Below, piece by piece: positions 52,799 to 63,408 of a stretch of 64,000 nucleotides of DNA. Origin of the DNA: an uncultured Chroococcidiopsis sp. GTDB lineage: Bacteria > Cyanobacteriota > Cyanobacteriia > Cyanobacteriales > Chroococcidiopsidaceae. The first letter of the stretch is position 1; the number at the start of each line of letters is the position of its first letter. The position numbers and the translations under genes were made by a program. Below the pieces are notes generated by a model. It saw nothing but the letters and a program-made list of their open reading frames with translations. It was not told the origin of the DNA and ran no database searches. The DNA is taken from positions 64,001 to 128,000 of the forward strand of contig CAXTYC010000010.1 of assembly GCA_964248365.1 (NCBI GenBank). The letters are read 5' to 3'.

Positions 52799-53755
52799 TT
52801 ATTCTTCCACACGATAACCTAACTCGGACAATCGGAGGCGGGAGTGTCGCCACTTAGGTTGTACCTTGACAAATAGCTCTAGATAGACTTTGCCAGCAAT
52901 TAACTTTTGAATTTGTTCACGAGCAGCACTACCAATTGCTTTGAGCATCGTTCCACCTTTACCAATTAAAATTCCTTTTTGGGAATCGCGCTCAACATGA
53001 ATCGTGGCGAACACACGGGTAATTGTTGGTGTTTCCTCTACTTTATCAATTGTGATGGCTACCGAATGAGGCACTTCCTCGCGCGTTAGCAGCAAAATTT
53101 GTTCTCGAATTAATTCTCCCATGATAAAGCGTTCTGGCTGATCGGTTACTAAGTCAGGGGGATAGTAATATGGTCCTGGTTCGAGGCGATCGCCGATCGC
53201 TTGCTGTAGCATTTCCAAACCGTCACCCGACAGAGCTGAAAATTTCACCATTTCCCACTGGTAGGGAGCTGCTAACTGGGTATATGTACTATCTATGTGT
53301 TGAGAATCACCACTACGCTGATCTATTTTGTTCAGCCCTAAAATTACTGGTGTTTGGGTTTGACTCAAAAGTTCAACAATGTAGCGATCGCCGCCGCCAG
53401 CTTCGACCGAACCATCTACCACAAACAAAACCACATCTACCGAATCAATGGCTATTTGGGCATTTTTTACCAGCACTTCTCCTAACTGGTGGTGCGGCTT
53501 GTGAATTCCTGGTGTATCAACAAAAATTAGTTGTGCTTGAGGTGTTGTCAGAATACCCCGCAACCGATTTCGCGTTGTCTGAGCAAGTGGTGAAGTAATA
53601 GCAATTTTTTGCCCTACCAGCGAGTTCATCAGCGTTGATTTACCGACATTGGGGCGACCAATAATTCCAATAAAGCCTGATTTGTACCCAGCAGGAGCAG
53701 GCGGAATGCTTACTACTGCTGACAAGTCTGGGATATTATCATCAATCGTACTCAC
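52799..53755 (-). CDS. era: GTPase Era
   Basis: GRPNVGKS, QTTR, DTPG, NKID, REEVPH, LIGKGG KH domain; start set at GTG 53755. Confidence 0.95.
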   Translation of the reverse strand: MSTIDDNIPDLSAVVSIPPAPAGYKSGFIGIIGRPNVGKSTLMNSLVGQKIAITSPLAQTTRNRLRGILTTPQAQLIFVDTPGIHKPHHQLGEVLVKNAQIAIDSVDVVLFVVDGSVEAGGGDRYIVELLSQTQTPVILGLNKIDQRSGDSQHIDSTYTQLAAPYQWEMVKFSALSGDGLEMLQQAIGDRLEPGPYYYPPDLVTDQPERFIMGELIREQILLLTREEVPHSVAITIDKVEETPTITRVFATIHVERDSQKGILIGKGGTMLKAIGSAAREQIQKLIAGKVYLELFVKVQPKWRHSRLRLSELGYRVEE

Positions 53756-54004
53756 AAAATTAAATCCACCCTGAAATTTTGCAGCCTGCTTAAGTTTATT
53801 ATTTCGGATATTTCGGAAAATAACGAAAGATGAAGTCAAATTGTAATTACTTCAAATTGCCTCACCTTCAGTTTAATCTACAACTTGACAACGCGCCGAA
53901 GGCGCAGGAGAGCAGAGGGGCAGAGGGAGATAACATTTATTAACCTCTAGCTATAGCGCTATAGCGCTATAGCGCCTCTCGCCCCCTCACCCCTCACCCC
54001 TTTT

Positions 54005-55093
54005 ATGAAAATGGGAGAACGTAAACGAATTGGAATTCTGACTAGTGGTGGAGACTGTGCCGGATTGAATGCTGTAATTCGAGCCACCGTCCATCGCGCT
54101 GTAGGAACTTATGGCTGGGAAGTGCTGGGAATTCGGCAAGCCACTCACGGTTTGATGAGTAGACCACCTCAAGTTATACCTTTAGAAATCGAAAAGGTGG
54201 ATTCATTACTTACGTTGGGCGGCACTATTTTAGGAACTACTAATAAAGGAGATCCTTTTGCCTTTCCGATGGCGGATGGGAGTTTGTGCGATCGCTCACA
54301 AGAAATTATAGATGGCTACCATCAATTAGGTTTAACAGCAATGATTGGCATTGGTGGTGATGGTAGTATGGCAATTCTGCGTCGCCTCGCCCAGCAAGGT
54401 AATCTCAACCTGGTGGCAATCCCCAAAACCATTGATAATGATGTAGGTGTCACAGAACTTTCTATTGGTTTTGATACAGCAGTTAGCATTGCTACCGAAG
54501 CACTGGATCGATTGCATTTCACTGCTGCTAGTCATAGCCGCGTCATGATTTTAGAAGTGATGGGGCGTGATGCTGGACATATCGCCATTAGTGCTGGAAT
54601 TGCTGGGGGAGCAGATGTTATCCTGATTCCAGAGATTTCATACACAATTGAGCGCATCTGCCGCCAACTCAAAGAACGTCAGGAGCAAGGCAAGAATTAC
54701 TCTTTAGTAGTTGTGTCAGAAGCAGTACGTACAGAAGCTGGTGAGAGTGTAATGTCCACTAATCGCTTGGGTCAATCTCGATACGGAGGTATTGGGCAAT
54801 ACTTAGCTGATGAAATTTGTACTCAAATTGGTGCAGAAACGCGAGTCACAGTTTTAGGACATATTCAACGCGGGGGGACTCCTTCACCCGTCGAGCGATT
54901 GATTGCATCTGCTTTCGGTGTGGCGGCAGTTGATTTAATTGCCCAAGGAAAATATGACCAGATGGTGACTTGGCAAAAACGCCAAGTTGTGAATGTCCCA
55001 ATTGCGGAAGCGATCGCCCAATACCGCGCTGTAAACCCTGATGGGACTCTAGTTAAGACTGCGCGTGGGTTGGGTATTTGCCTGGGAGACTAA
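54005..55093 (+). CDS. pfkA: 6-phosphofructokinase
   Basis: TSGGDCAGLN, GGTILGT, IGGDGS, PKTIDND, EVMGRDAG, LGHIQRGG. Confidence 0.95.
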   Translation: MKMGERKRIGILTSGGDCAGLNAVIRATVHRAVGTYGWEVLGIRQATHGLMSRPPQVIPLEIEKVDSLLTLGGTILGTTNKGDPFAFPMADGSLCDRSQEIIDGYHQLGLTAMIGIGGDGSMAILRRLAQQGNLNLVAIPKTIDNDVGVTELSIGFDTAVSIATEALDRLHFTAASHSRVMILEVMGRDAGHIAISAGIAGGADVILIPEISYTIERICRQLKERQEQGKNYSLVVVSEAVRTEAGESVMSTNRLGQSRYGGIGQYLADEICTQIGAETRVTVLGHIQRGGTPSPVERLIASAFGVAAVDLIAQGKYDQMVTWQKRQVVNVPIAEAIAQYRAVNPDGTLVKTARGLGICLGD

Positions 55094-55372
55094 CGCGGTA
55101 AAAGTCTTTTTTTGTTTCGCGCATAGACGCGTTCGCGGCTTCTCGAAGAGTAGGCGCTAAGCCGCGATCGTTCGGACGCAAAAAGTTTCGCGCCTCCTTA
55201 TGCAAGAAGTCTATTGCATTTCTACTTGGCATTGAGCCGAGATAGGTGTAATTTCCTGTAAGATGGTCTGAAAGCTCTTATTCTGTCTGGGTTTGAAAAG
55301 TTGTTACATGAGATTCAAACAAGCCTAATTGACAACGAAAAATCAAGCTTAGTGAAGGCATCTTGCACTTTT

Positions 55373-57496
55373 TTACTCACATCTCGGCACAACCCCTACT
55401 TCTTTAATTTTCAATGGTTTTACCAGTTGTGCCACAGTCGCCACCAAGACGGTAGGTGCAACTGGTTTAGAAACGTGCATTTGAAAGCCTGCTGATAGTG
55501 CTTGCATTTGATCTTCGAGTCTAGTGTAGGCGCTTAGGGCGATCGCTGGTATTTTTCCGCCTCCTCGCTGTTGCTCTAAATCTCGCAACATCCGAATTAA
55601 TTGATAGCCATCTTCCCCAGGCATAGCAATATCGCTTACTAGTACATCAGGGTTGGACTGATCGAGGCACTTCATTGCCTCACGCACTGATTCAACCGCC
55701 GTAACATCGGCTCCTGACTGCTGCAATACAATTTTGATAAATTCACGAGTATCGGTATTATCCTCAACAACTAGCACTTGTACGCCATCAAGTCTAGGAG
55801 CTATGGGTTCAGGGCTAGAAGCTGGGGATTTCTGCCCATTCTCGCCTTTTGTCTCTTGCTTCGCATCCGACTCCAACAAAGGCAGTTGGACGGTAAACGT
55901 TGCCCCTTTTCCCTCGCCTGCACTCTCGGCACAAATCTTGCCCTTGTGCAACTCTACCAAGTGACGGACGATTGTTAATCCTAACCCTAGTCCTCCACTA
56001 GAGCGGGTGGAGGAACTGTCTGCTTGACGAAAACGGTCAAAGACATAAGGGAGAAAGTCGGGACTAATGCCTATACCTGCATCAATTACTTGAATTTGAG
56101 CATATTCGGTAACTGGTAACTGGTAACTGGTAACTGGTAACTGTCCATTTTCATCATCTATTGCCTTTTGCTGACTACTTTTTACCGTTGATAATCGCAC
56201 TTCAACCCGTCCGCCTTCTGGAGTAAACTTGATAGCATTCGAGAGCAAATTCCAAATAATTTGCTTTAGGCGTTCTGAATCGCCAGCAACTTTTGGTACG
56301 TTAGGATCGAGCGTGGTTTCGAGTTGAATTGCTTTGGTGTCGGCTTGAGGGCGTAGGGTGTCTAGTACGGTTTCAATTAACTCAAATAGGTTGACTGGTT
56401 GGATCATCAGCCGCAGTTTGCCTCGGACGATCTTGGAAACATCCAAAATATCTTCAATTAATTGCGCTTGGGATTTGGCGTTACGTGCGATCGTTTCCAT
56501 CGCCCTGGTTGTGGTAGTTTCATCAAACTTTCTATTGAGTAACAGTTGCGACCATCCCAGTATGGAGTTGAGAGGAGTGCGGAGTTCGTGGGAGATGATC
56601 GCTAAAAACTCATCTTTCATTCGGTTAGCAGCTTCTGCCTCAGCTCGTGCTGCCTGTTCTCGAATGATTTGCTCGAATACTATTTCTGCCTGCTTGCGCT
56701 CTGTGATGTCTTCTATAGTGCCAACGTGACCTAACAATTGCCTTTGATCGGAAAGTAGTGGAGATGTGCGGACGTGAACCCAATGCACAGCAAGATCGGG
56801 TGTGTAAATCCGAAATTCAGCCGAGTATACCTGTTCTCGGTAAATGCAATTTTTCCAATCATTCAACACGCGATCGCGCTCTTCGGGATGAATAATTTTT
56901 GCCCAGCCATCATACCAATCTTCCTCGATTTTGAAGCCACAAATTGCCTGACAATTTGGGTTGGTGTAGGTACACTGTCCAGTTGTATCGGTCAAAAAAA
57001 TTCCGATAGGAGAGCAAGTACTTAGTGAGCGAAACCGCTGTTCACTCTGGCTCAATTGGGCATTGATCGCTGCGAGTTGGGCTGCTTGTTGTTGCACCTC
57101 CATTGTTTTTTTGAACAGATCGACAAAGACTGACACTTTTGAAGTCAAAATCACCGGATCAATGGGCTTGTGCAAGTAATCTACTGCGCCCAGAGCGTAG
57201 CCTTTAAATACCATGTTGTCGTTGGTACTAAAGGCGGTGAGAAAAATAATTGGGGTGGAGCGCGATCGCTCTCGTTGCCGAATTAGCGTTGCCGTTTCAA
57301 ACCCATCTATCTCTGGCATCTGCACATCGAGCAAAATCACAGCAAAATCTTGATGCAATAGACACCTTAAGGCTTCCTTACCCGAATGTGCTTTTACCAA
57401 GTTTTGACCAAGCCTCTCTAAAATTGCTGACAAAGCAATCAGATTTTCGGGATGGTCGTCTACCAAGAGGATATTTGCTTTTGGTGTCGACTGCAT
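55373..57496 (-). CDS. Hybrid histidine kinase REC-PAS-HisKA-HATPase-REC
   Basis: LVDD..DVQMP; PAS/PAC; SHELRTPL; NLLSNAIKFT; GGLGLGL; SDIAMP. Confidence 0.93.
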   Translation of the reverse strand: MQSTPKANILLVDDHPENLIALSAILERLGQNLVKAHSGKEALRCLLHQDFAVILLDVQMPEIDGFETATLIRQRERSRSTPIIFLTAFSTNDNMVFKGYALGAVDYLHKPIDPVILTSKVSVFVDLFKKTMEVQQQAAQLAAINAQLSQSEQRFRSLSTCSPIGIFLTDTTGQCTYTNPNCQAICGFKIEEDWYDGWAKIIHPEERDRVLNDWKNCIYREQVYSAEFRIYTPDLAVHWVHVRTSPLLSDQRQLLGHVGTIEDITERKQAEIVFEQIIREQAARAEAEAANRMKDEFLAIISHELRTPLNSILGWSQLLLNRKFDETTTTRAMETIARNAKSQAQLIEDILDVSKIVRGKLRLMIQPVNLFELIETVLDTLRPQADTKAIQLETTLDPNVPKVAGDSERLKQIIWNLLSNAIKFTPEGGRVEVRLSTVKSSQQKAIDDENGQLPVTSYQLPVTEYAQIQVIDAGIGISPDFLPYVFDRFRQADSSSTRSSGGLGLGLTIVRHLVELHKGKICAESAGEGKGATFTVQLPLLESDAKQETKGENGQKSPASSPEPIAPRLDGVQVLVVEDNTDTREFIKIVLQQSGADVTAVESVREAMKCLDQSNPDVLVSDIAMPGEDGYQLIRMLRDLEQQRGGGKIPAIALSAYTRLEDQMQALSAGFQMHVSKPVAPTVLVATVAQLVKPLKIKEVGVVPRCE

Positions 57497-57604
57497 ACGC
57501 TTACTACGATTTTGGATTTAAACAATGAGAATAGCTAATTACCTGGTTCACTACTTTTGCCTATTATGAATTACTTATTAGACATATTCACCCTTTATCC
57601 TTGA

Positions 57605-58198
57605 CTAGCAAGTGCGAGAATATGTGGAAGAACAGACATTGACCAAGAAGGGAGCGATTTGGGGCAATGGTAAAATTCTAGCTGTTCCCACTGCCGCAAT
57701 TGCTGCATCTGGCATGATCCGGCATTTTGCTCTATCAGGTTCTTGTATAATTGTCAAGCCACCGTAAGCTTTTATTTTTGCTAGTCCTTGTGAGCCGTCG
57801 TGATTTGCTCCGGTGAGAATCACTCCAATCGCTCTGTCTCCATAGGTATCAGCTGCCGATTCAAATAATACATCAATCGAGGGACGGGCATAGGAAACCG
57901 GAGCTTCGGTAGAAAGGGCAAAGTGATCGACTTCTACTAGCAAGTGATAATCTGCTGGAGCGAAGTAAACGTGTCCAGGCATAATTGCTTGTTTGTCTTC
58001 TGCCTCTACAACCGACAATAAACTTTGCCGCTGTAAAAAAGTAACTAATTCACCGTCTGAGTCTTTGTGACGATGTTGAGCGATCGCAACGGCAAGCGGA
58101 AAATTTTGAGGTAAGCCCTTGAGAATAACTTTCAAGGCATTTAAGCCGCCCAGAGATGCACCAATTACAATAATTTTAAATTTAATTTCAAATTCCAT
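57605..58198 (-). CDS. cheB: Stand-alone CheB methylesterase (no REC domain)
   Basis: GASLGG (Ser), AQHR (His), RPSIDVLFESAA, LTGANHDG (Asp); ATG overlaps cheR stop as TAATG. Confidence 0.9.
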   Translation of the reverse strand: MEFEIKFKIIVIGASLGGLNALKVILKGLPQNFPLAVAIAQHRHKDSDGELVTFLQRQSLLSVVEAEDKQAIMPGHVYFAPADYHLLVEVDHFALSTEAPVSYARPSIDVLFESAADTYGDRAIGVILTGANHDGSQGLAKIKAYGGLTIIQEPDRAKCRIMPDAAIAAVGTARILPLPQIAPFLVNVCSSTYSRTC

Positions 58199-59031
58199 TA
58201 GGCGACCCTCCGGTAAAGCTTTTCCCGACTTGCCAAAACTTCGTAGTATTGTTCGTAGGGTGTTCTGATCAGCGTTTCCTGCTTTCCCAATCCCAAAATT
58301 CCCCACCTGCTCAAACTTTCGTATAGCAGTTTGTGAACCTTTTCTTGAAGCTGTTGGTTGAAGTAGATCAAAACGTTACGACAGAAAACGACGTTGAATT
58401 CGTTGAAAGAAGCATCCGTTACCAGGTTGTGCGGCGAAAAGACGATATTCTCTTTCAGGAATGAGCGGATAATAGCGCCCTCGTAAGCAGCAGTATAATA
58501 CTCGGAAAAAGACTTTTTGCCCCCTGCCTGAAGGTAGAGTTGGGTATACTCCTGCATTAAATGGAGGGAAAAAATTCCCGCTTTGGCTTTGCGTAATACA
58601 ACTTCATTCATATCAGTGGCGTAGATCCGACAACGGTGATACAGCCCTTCTTCAAACAGCAAAATTGCCATTGAATAAACCTCTTCACCCGTAGAGCATC
58701 CAGCGTGCCAGATGCGAATATAGGGATAGGTACGCAACAGGGGAACAACTTTGTTTCTGAAGGCAATATAAAAGCTAGGATCGCGGAACATCGAAGTAAC
58801 ATGAACCGAAAGACCTAGTAGAAAGCGCTCCATACAGGCGGGATCGTGCAGAACTTTTTCCTGAAGCCCAGAGACACTAGTCAGCTTCTCAGCTCGAATT
58901 GTGTTCCAGATGCGACGTTTGAGAGAGGCGATCGCATAGTTGCGAAAGTCAAATCCATAATAGCAATACACCCCTTCGAGCAGTAGCTGAATTTCAATGT
59001 CTTCGAGTTCATTAGGGTGCTTGAGGGGCAT
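58198..59031 (-). CDS. cheR: CheR protein-glutamate methyltransferase
   Basis: YGFDFRNY..SLKRR, VTSMFRDP, IWHAGCSTGEEVYS, FCRNVLIYF. Confidence 0.93.
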   Translation of the reverse strand: MPLKHPNELEDIEIQLLLEGVYCYYGFDFRNYAIASLKRRIWNTIRAEKLTSVSGLQEKVLHDPACMERFLLGLSVHVTSMFRDPSFYIAFRNKVVPLLRTYPYIRIWHAGCSTGEEVYSMAILLFEEGLYHRCRIYATDMNEVVLRKAKAGIFSLHLMQEYTQLYLQAGGKKSFSEYYTAAYEGAIIRSFLKENIVFSPHNLVTDASFNEFNVVFCRNVLIYFNQQLQEKVHKLLYESLSRWGILGLGKQETLIRTPYEQYYEVLASREKLYRRVA

Positions 59032-59296
59032 TGGAAAGACAAGGATGAAGGATGAAGGGTAAAGGTTGTAGGGCTTCGCCCTTGCCGAAGGCGCTTGTTG
59101 AAGGGTAAAGGCAAAAAGGATGGCAGGGGAAAGGGGAAAGGGAAACGGGGAAAGGCTGAAGGTTAAAGGATGTACAACGGAGCGTTGCCGTAGGCTAGGC
59201 TAAATTTCACACTTCACACTTCACACTTCATCCTTTATACTTTATCCTTCATCCTTCACACTTCATTTTTCCCCTAGCAAGAGCGCCCCTAGCCCC

Positions 59297-62200
59297 TCAT
59301 TTATACAGCCAAACTCGTAGCAGTGAGAGCAGTTGCTCGGTATCAACCGGTTTAGTGATATAGTCGGAGGCTCCAGCTTCGATGCACTTTTCCCGATCGC
59401 CTTTCATTGCCTTTGCTGTGAGGGCGATCATCGGTAGAGTGTTGAACTGGCTGATTTGACGAATAGCACTCATGGTTTCGTAGCCATCCATCTCAGGCAT
59501 CATTATATCCATTAGCACAATGTCAATGTCTGGATTTTGTTGCAGTTCGGCAATGCCGTCTGTGCCGTTTTCAGCGTAGAGAACCTCCATTTGATAACGC
59601 TCCAGCATACTGGTAAGGGCGAAAATGTTTCGCACGTCGTCATCGACAATTAGGACTTTCTTACCTGCCAAGATGGGATCGTTTTGCTGCAATTGCTCCA
59701 ACATCAGCCGTTGAGGAGCTGGTAGATTTGCTTGTACTCGATGCAGAAATAGGGCAGTTTCGTCTAGCAAGCGTTCGGGCGATCGCACATCCTTGACGAT
59801 AATTGTGTCACAGATGCGTCGCAGAAGAGTTTCTTCCTGCGGGTTCAACTCTTTTCCAGTGTAGACAATGATTGGCAAATAGCCTAGATTTGGCTCCTTT
59901 TTGATCTGCTCGATCAGCTCGAATCCATTCATGTCTGGTAGCCCCAAGTCCAGCACAATACAGTCAAATCGCTCGGACTTGAGCGCTTCCAATGCTGCTG
60001 CACCTGTACCAACCGCAGTGCTAGCAACGTCACTATTGCCGATCAGATCGACAATACTTTGGCGTTGGATTTCGTCATCTTCTACCACAAGCAATTTCTT
60101 TACTGGGCGTTCGACAAATCTCTTAATATCGCTCAAGGACCTGGACAGTGCTTGACTACTGATAGGTTTTTGCAAGTAGGCGATCGCGCCCTGTTGCAAA
60201 CTTCGCTGTTGCCCTTCCTCAACTGTCATGATATGAATGGGAATGTGACGAGTGCTGGGGTCGTGCTTCAGGCGATCGAGTACCGTCCAGCCATCCATAA
60301 CGGGCAGGCGAATATCTAACATAATCGCAGCAGGCTTGTATTCTCGTGCCATTGCTAGTCCCACATCGCCCCTGGTTGCCACTAGGGCTTTAAAGCCTTG
60401 CTCTCGTGCCATATCGAGTAAAATACGGGCAAAGTTGATGTCATCTTCGAGGATCAGTAGGATGCGATCGCCTGCTTGAATAGTCTCCCGATCATCCTCA
60501 ATTGCTTGATGAGTCAGCAAGAGTAATTCATCATCGCTCTGCTGCGAGGAGGGGCTAGGGGCTAGAGGCTGGGGGCTAGAGGCGAGAGGATTTTGGATTA
60601 AGTTTTCTCCCCAGATCCTCTGCTCCTCTGATCCTGTGGCCCTCTGCCCCTCTGCTCCCCCAGCTCCCTGCGGTAAGTAGAGGGTGAACGTGCTGCCCTT
60701 ACCTGGTTCACTAACTAAGCGAATCTCTCCACCTAATAATCGGGCAATTTCTCGGCTAATCGACAAGCCCAAACCTGTGCCGCCATACTTACGGCTGGTT
60801 GTTCCATCTGCCTGCTGGAATGCTTCAAAAATCACCTGCTGTTTGTCGGGAGCAATGCCAATGCCAGTATCGGAAACGGCGAAGGCGATCGCGCATTCTG
60901 CACTGTTAAGGGCTTTGTGTTCCCCACTCCAGCCGCTTTGAGACGGGAACACATTCAAACTGACAATCCCTTGCTCGGTGAATTTGAAGGCGTTTGACAG
61001 CAGGTTTTTCAGCACTTGCTGGAGCCGCTTTGCATCGGTATAGATAGCGCTAGGTAGGCGATCGTCGAATTGGACATTGAAACCCACCTTTCTTTCTTCT
61101 GCTACTTGACAGAATGTTTGTTCTATGTATATACGCAAGTTAGAGAACAAAGTTTCTTCAATTTCGACTGATATCGTACCCGACTCGATTTTTGCCAAAT
61201 CAAGGATATCATTGATCAGTGCTAGCAAGTCGTTTCCGGCAGAGTAGATAGTGCGGCTATACTCCACCTGCTTTTGAGTCAAGTTGCCTTCGCTGTTGTC
61301 TGACAGCAGTCGCGCCAAAATTAGCAAACTATTAAGTGGTGTCCGCAACTCATGGGACATATTTGCCAAAAACTGAGACTTGTACTTGGATGTCGTCGCC
61401 AGTTGTTCGGCTTTTTCCTCTAAAGCTTGACGTGCTTGCTCGACTTGGTGATTTTTGCGCTCCACCTCGCGGTTTTGCAGAGCCAGTAGCTCCGTTTTCT
61501 CTTCCAACTCCTCGTTTAGCTGCTGCAACTCATCGTAGCTTTGCTGCAACTTTTGCTGTTGCTGCTTCAATAGCTCCTCGGATAGCCGTAGTGTTTCCGT
61601 CTGTTCTTCCAAACGTTGATTGCTCTCCATCAGTTCTTCTTGCTGGCTCTGTAGCTCCTCTGTTAGAGTGCGCGACTGTTTGAGCAAGTCCTCGTTTTGC
61701 TGATATGCAATAATGTTGTTGAGTATAATGGCTATAGTTTCGCTCAGTTGATCAAGAAAGCTCAGATGAATTTCACTAAAGCATTGGAAAGAAGCAAGTT
61801 CAATTACGGCTAATACCCGATCCTCATACAATGCAGGTAGCACTACGATGTTGATGGGGGTAGCTTCCCCAAGACCAGAACTGATCTTGATATAGTTATC
61901 TGGCACTTCCAATAGCAAAATTCGCTCTTTTTCTAAAGCGCATTGTCCCACCAGCCCTTCACCCAACCCGAAAGAGTTCGCCAAATGCTTGCGTTCGCGG
62001 TAGGCGTAAGTACCAAGTAGCTTTAGACAAGGCGGATCTTCTGTTGTCATCAGGTAAAACACGCCATGTTGAGCAGAAACTAGGGGAGCCAGTTCTCTAA
62101 GGATGAGTTTAGAAACAATTTCCAAGTTTCTTTGTCCTTGGAGCATCTGGGTGAATTTTGCTAGGTTAGTCTTCAACCAGTCTTGCTGGGCGGTTTGCCG

Positions 62201-62980
62201 AGTTGTCTGCTGCAAGTTGGCAATCATTTGGTTAAATGTCTGTGCCAACACGCCAATCTCGTCTCGGCGAGAGTCAATAGCTACACTCGTATTTAAATCT
62301 CCTGCGGCAATTTTCTCTGCGACGCTAGAGACTTTTTGAAGCGGTTTAGAAATGTTGCGATTCAGGACAAAGCTGATTAATGTCAGGAGAACAAAATATA
62401 GTGGAATGCCAAACCCAATGCTGTAAGTCATCTGCTGGGCAGCCTTACTAGCTGCCGCAGAGCGTGCTTCCAACAATCTCCGTTCCTCATTCTTCATCTG
62501 CGCAATCTCACGCTGGATGGCATCCATCAGGTTTTTGCCCAGATCCAATACAACAGCCTGTGTTGCACTTTCAACTCCTCTAGTCCGGCGAATATCGATT
62601 ACCTGCTTTAGCCTTGCTATTCTCTGCTTGATTAGAGACTCTACAATGTCAAGCCGTTGCTGTTGAGTAGGGTTATCTCTAGTCAGCTGGCGTAGTTCAG
62701 TAATTTTCTGCTCAACTAGGGCAGTCACTGTCTCATAAGGTTTCAAATACTGTTCATTTCCAGTAATCAGGTATCCCCGTTGCCCATTCTCAGCATCTTT
62801 GAGCGTAGACAGCAGGTTTTCAAGTTCTGCAAGCACCTGGTAGGTGTGAGTTTCCCAGCGAGAAGTTTCTACGGTTTGAGTCGCGTTGCGGTAAACAACC
62901 AGACCAATCGTAGTAAAAATTGCCAAGCTAAGCGCAAAACTTGCGCCAATCTTTGTACCAATCCTCAACTTATTCAACAT
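59297..62980 (-). CDS. Membrane hybrid kinase CHASE3-HAMP-GAF-coiled coil-HisKA-HATPase-3xREC
   Basis: HTYQVL..DAENGQRGYLITG (CHASE3); DEIGVLA (HAMP); GEGLVGQCA (GAF); FLANMSHELRTPLN; three receiver domains. Confidence 0.93.
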   Translation of the reverse strand: MLNKLRIGTKIGASFALSLAIFTTIGLVVYRNATQTVETSRWETHTYQVLAELENLLSTLKDAENGQRGYLITGNEQYLKPYETVTALVEQKITELRQLTRDNPTQQQRLDIVESLIKQRIARLKQVIDIRRTRGVESATQAVVLDLGKNLMDAIQREIAQMKNEERRLLEARSAAASKAAQQMTYSIGFGIPLYFVLLTLISFVLNRNISKPLQKVSSVAEKIAAGDLNTSVAIDSRRDEIGVLAQTFNQMIANLQQTTRQTAQQDWLKTNLAKFTQMLQGQRNLEIVSKLILRELAPLVSAQHGVFYLMTTEDPPCLKLLGTYAYRERKHLANSFGLGEGLVGQCALEKERILLLEVPDNYIKISSGLGEATPINIVVLPALYEDRVLAVIELASFQCFSEIHLSFLDQLSETIAIILNNIIAYQQNEDLLKQSRTLTEELQSQQEELMESNQRLEEQTETLRLSEELLKQQQQKLQQSYDELQQLNEELEEKTELLALQNREVERKNHQVEQARQALEEKAEQLATTSKYKSQFLANMSHELRTPLNSLLILARLLSDNSEGNLTQKQVEYSRTIYSAGNDLLALINDILDLAKIESGTISVEIEETLFSNLRIYIEQTFCQVAEERKVGFNVQFDDRLPSAIYTDAKRLQQVLKNLLSNAFKFTEQGIVSLNVFPSQSGWSGEHKALNSAECAIAFAVSDTGIGIAPDKQQVIFEAFQQADGTTSRKYGGTGLGLSISREIARLLGGEIRLVSEPGKGSTFTLYLPQGAGGAEGQRATGSEEQRIWGENLIQNPLASSPQPLAPSPSSQQSDDELLLLTHQAIEDDRETIQAGDRILLILEDDINFARILLDMAREQGFKALVATRGDVGLAMAREYKPAAIMLDIRLPVMDGWTVLDRLKHDPSTRHIPIHIMTVEEGQQRSLQQGAIAYLQKPISSQALSRSLSDIKRFVERPVKKLLVVEDDEIQRQSIVDLIGNSDVASTAVGTGAAALEALKSERFDCIVLDLGLPDMNGFELIEQIKKEPNLGYLPIIVYTGKELNPQEETLLRRICDTIIVKDVRSPERLLDETALFLHRVQANLPAPQRLMLEQLQQNDPILAGKKVLIVDDDVRNIFALTSMLERYQMEVLYAENGTDGIAELQQNPDIDIVLMDIMMPEMDGYETMSAIRQISQFNTLPMIALTAKAMKGDREKCIEAGASDYITKPVDTEQLLSLLRVWLYK

Positions 62981-63408
62981 TATTATTTGGCATCTACTAT
63001 AGCTCTATCTATACCGAATAAGTTTGTCAGCTTGGTATAGATCCTAATTATGACAATTTTGGCTCGATAGAACCCTGCCTCAGTTGCTAAAAGCTGCTAA
63101 TGGTAGGTTTTATTATTATTGTTAGTTTTTTGCATAGTTTGATTCTTGAGGGAGTATTCCTAGTATCTCCCAGTTTTATTTTCACTTAGTCCACTGTCTT
63201 TCATGAGGAAAATGTGCCATCTACTATCTTTTATTAAGATTTGATTTAAAATTGTCAAGTTAACTTAAAGATTACTAACTGGCAATTTACAGTAAATTAA
63301 TTTTTAATTTTTCAAATTTTTACTCTTTTTCAGTAATCTCTCCAATTTCAAACCCTCAATAAATAACTAAACTTTAAGTTATCTTCTCATACATTTTATG
63401 GATTATTA

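Noticed and set aside
53950..53975. (CTATAGCG)x3 self-complementary tract between era and pfkA as an operator
   Set aside because: Sits within an STRR patch and is most simply a short tandem expansion
57605..59031. CheR/CheB as the adaptation system of the pix cluster
   Set aside because: About 38 kb away and embedded between hybrid kinases; nothing in the sequence links them to the PixJ receptors
10032..63040. Numerous 60-170 aa antisense or overlapping ORFs in the track
   Set aside because: All overlap longer well-supported genes and show no motifs or RBS support
63150..63165. GGAATACT (minus strand) as a SigJ/SigF-type promoter for the CHASE3 kinase
   Set aside because: Imperfect short match with no TSS data; chance occurrence likely
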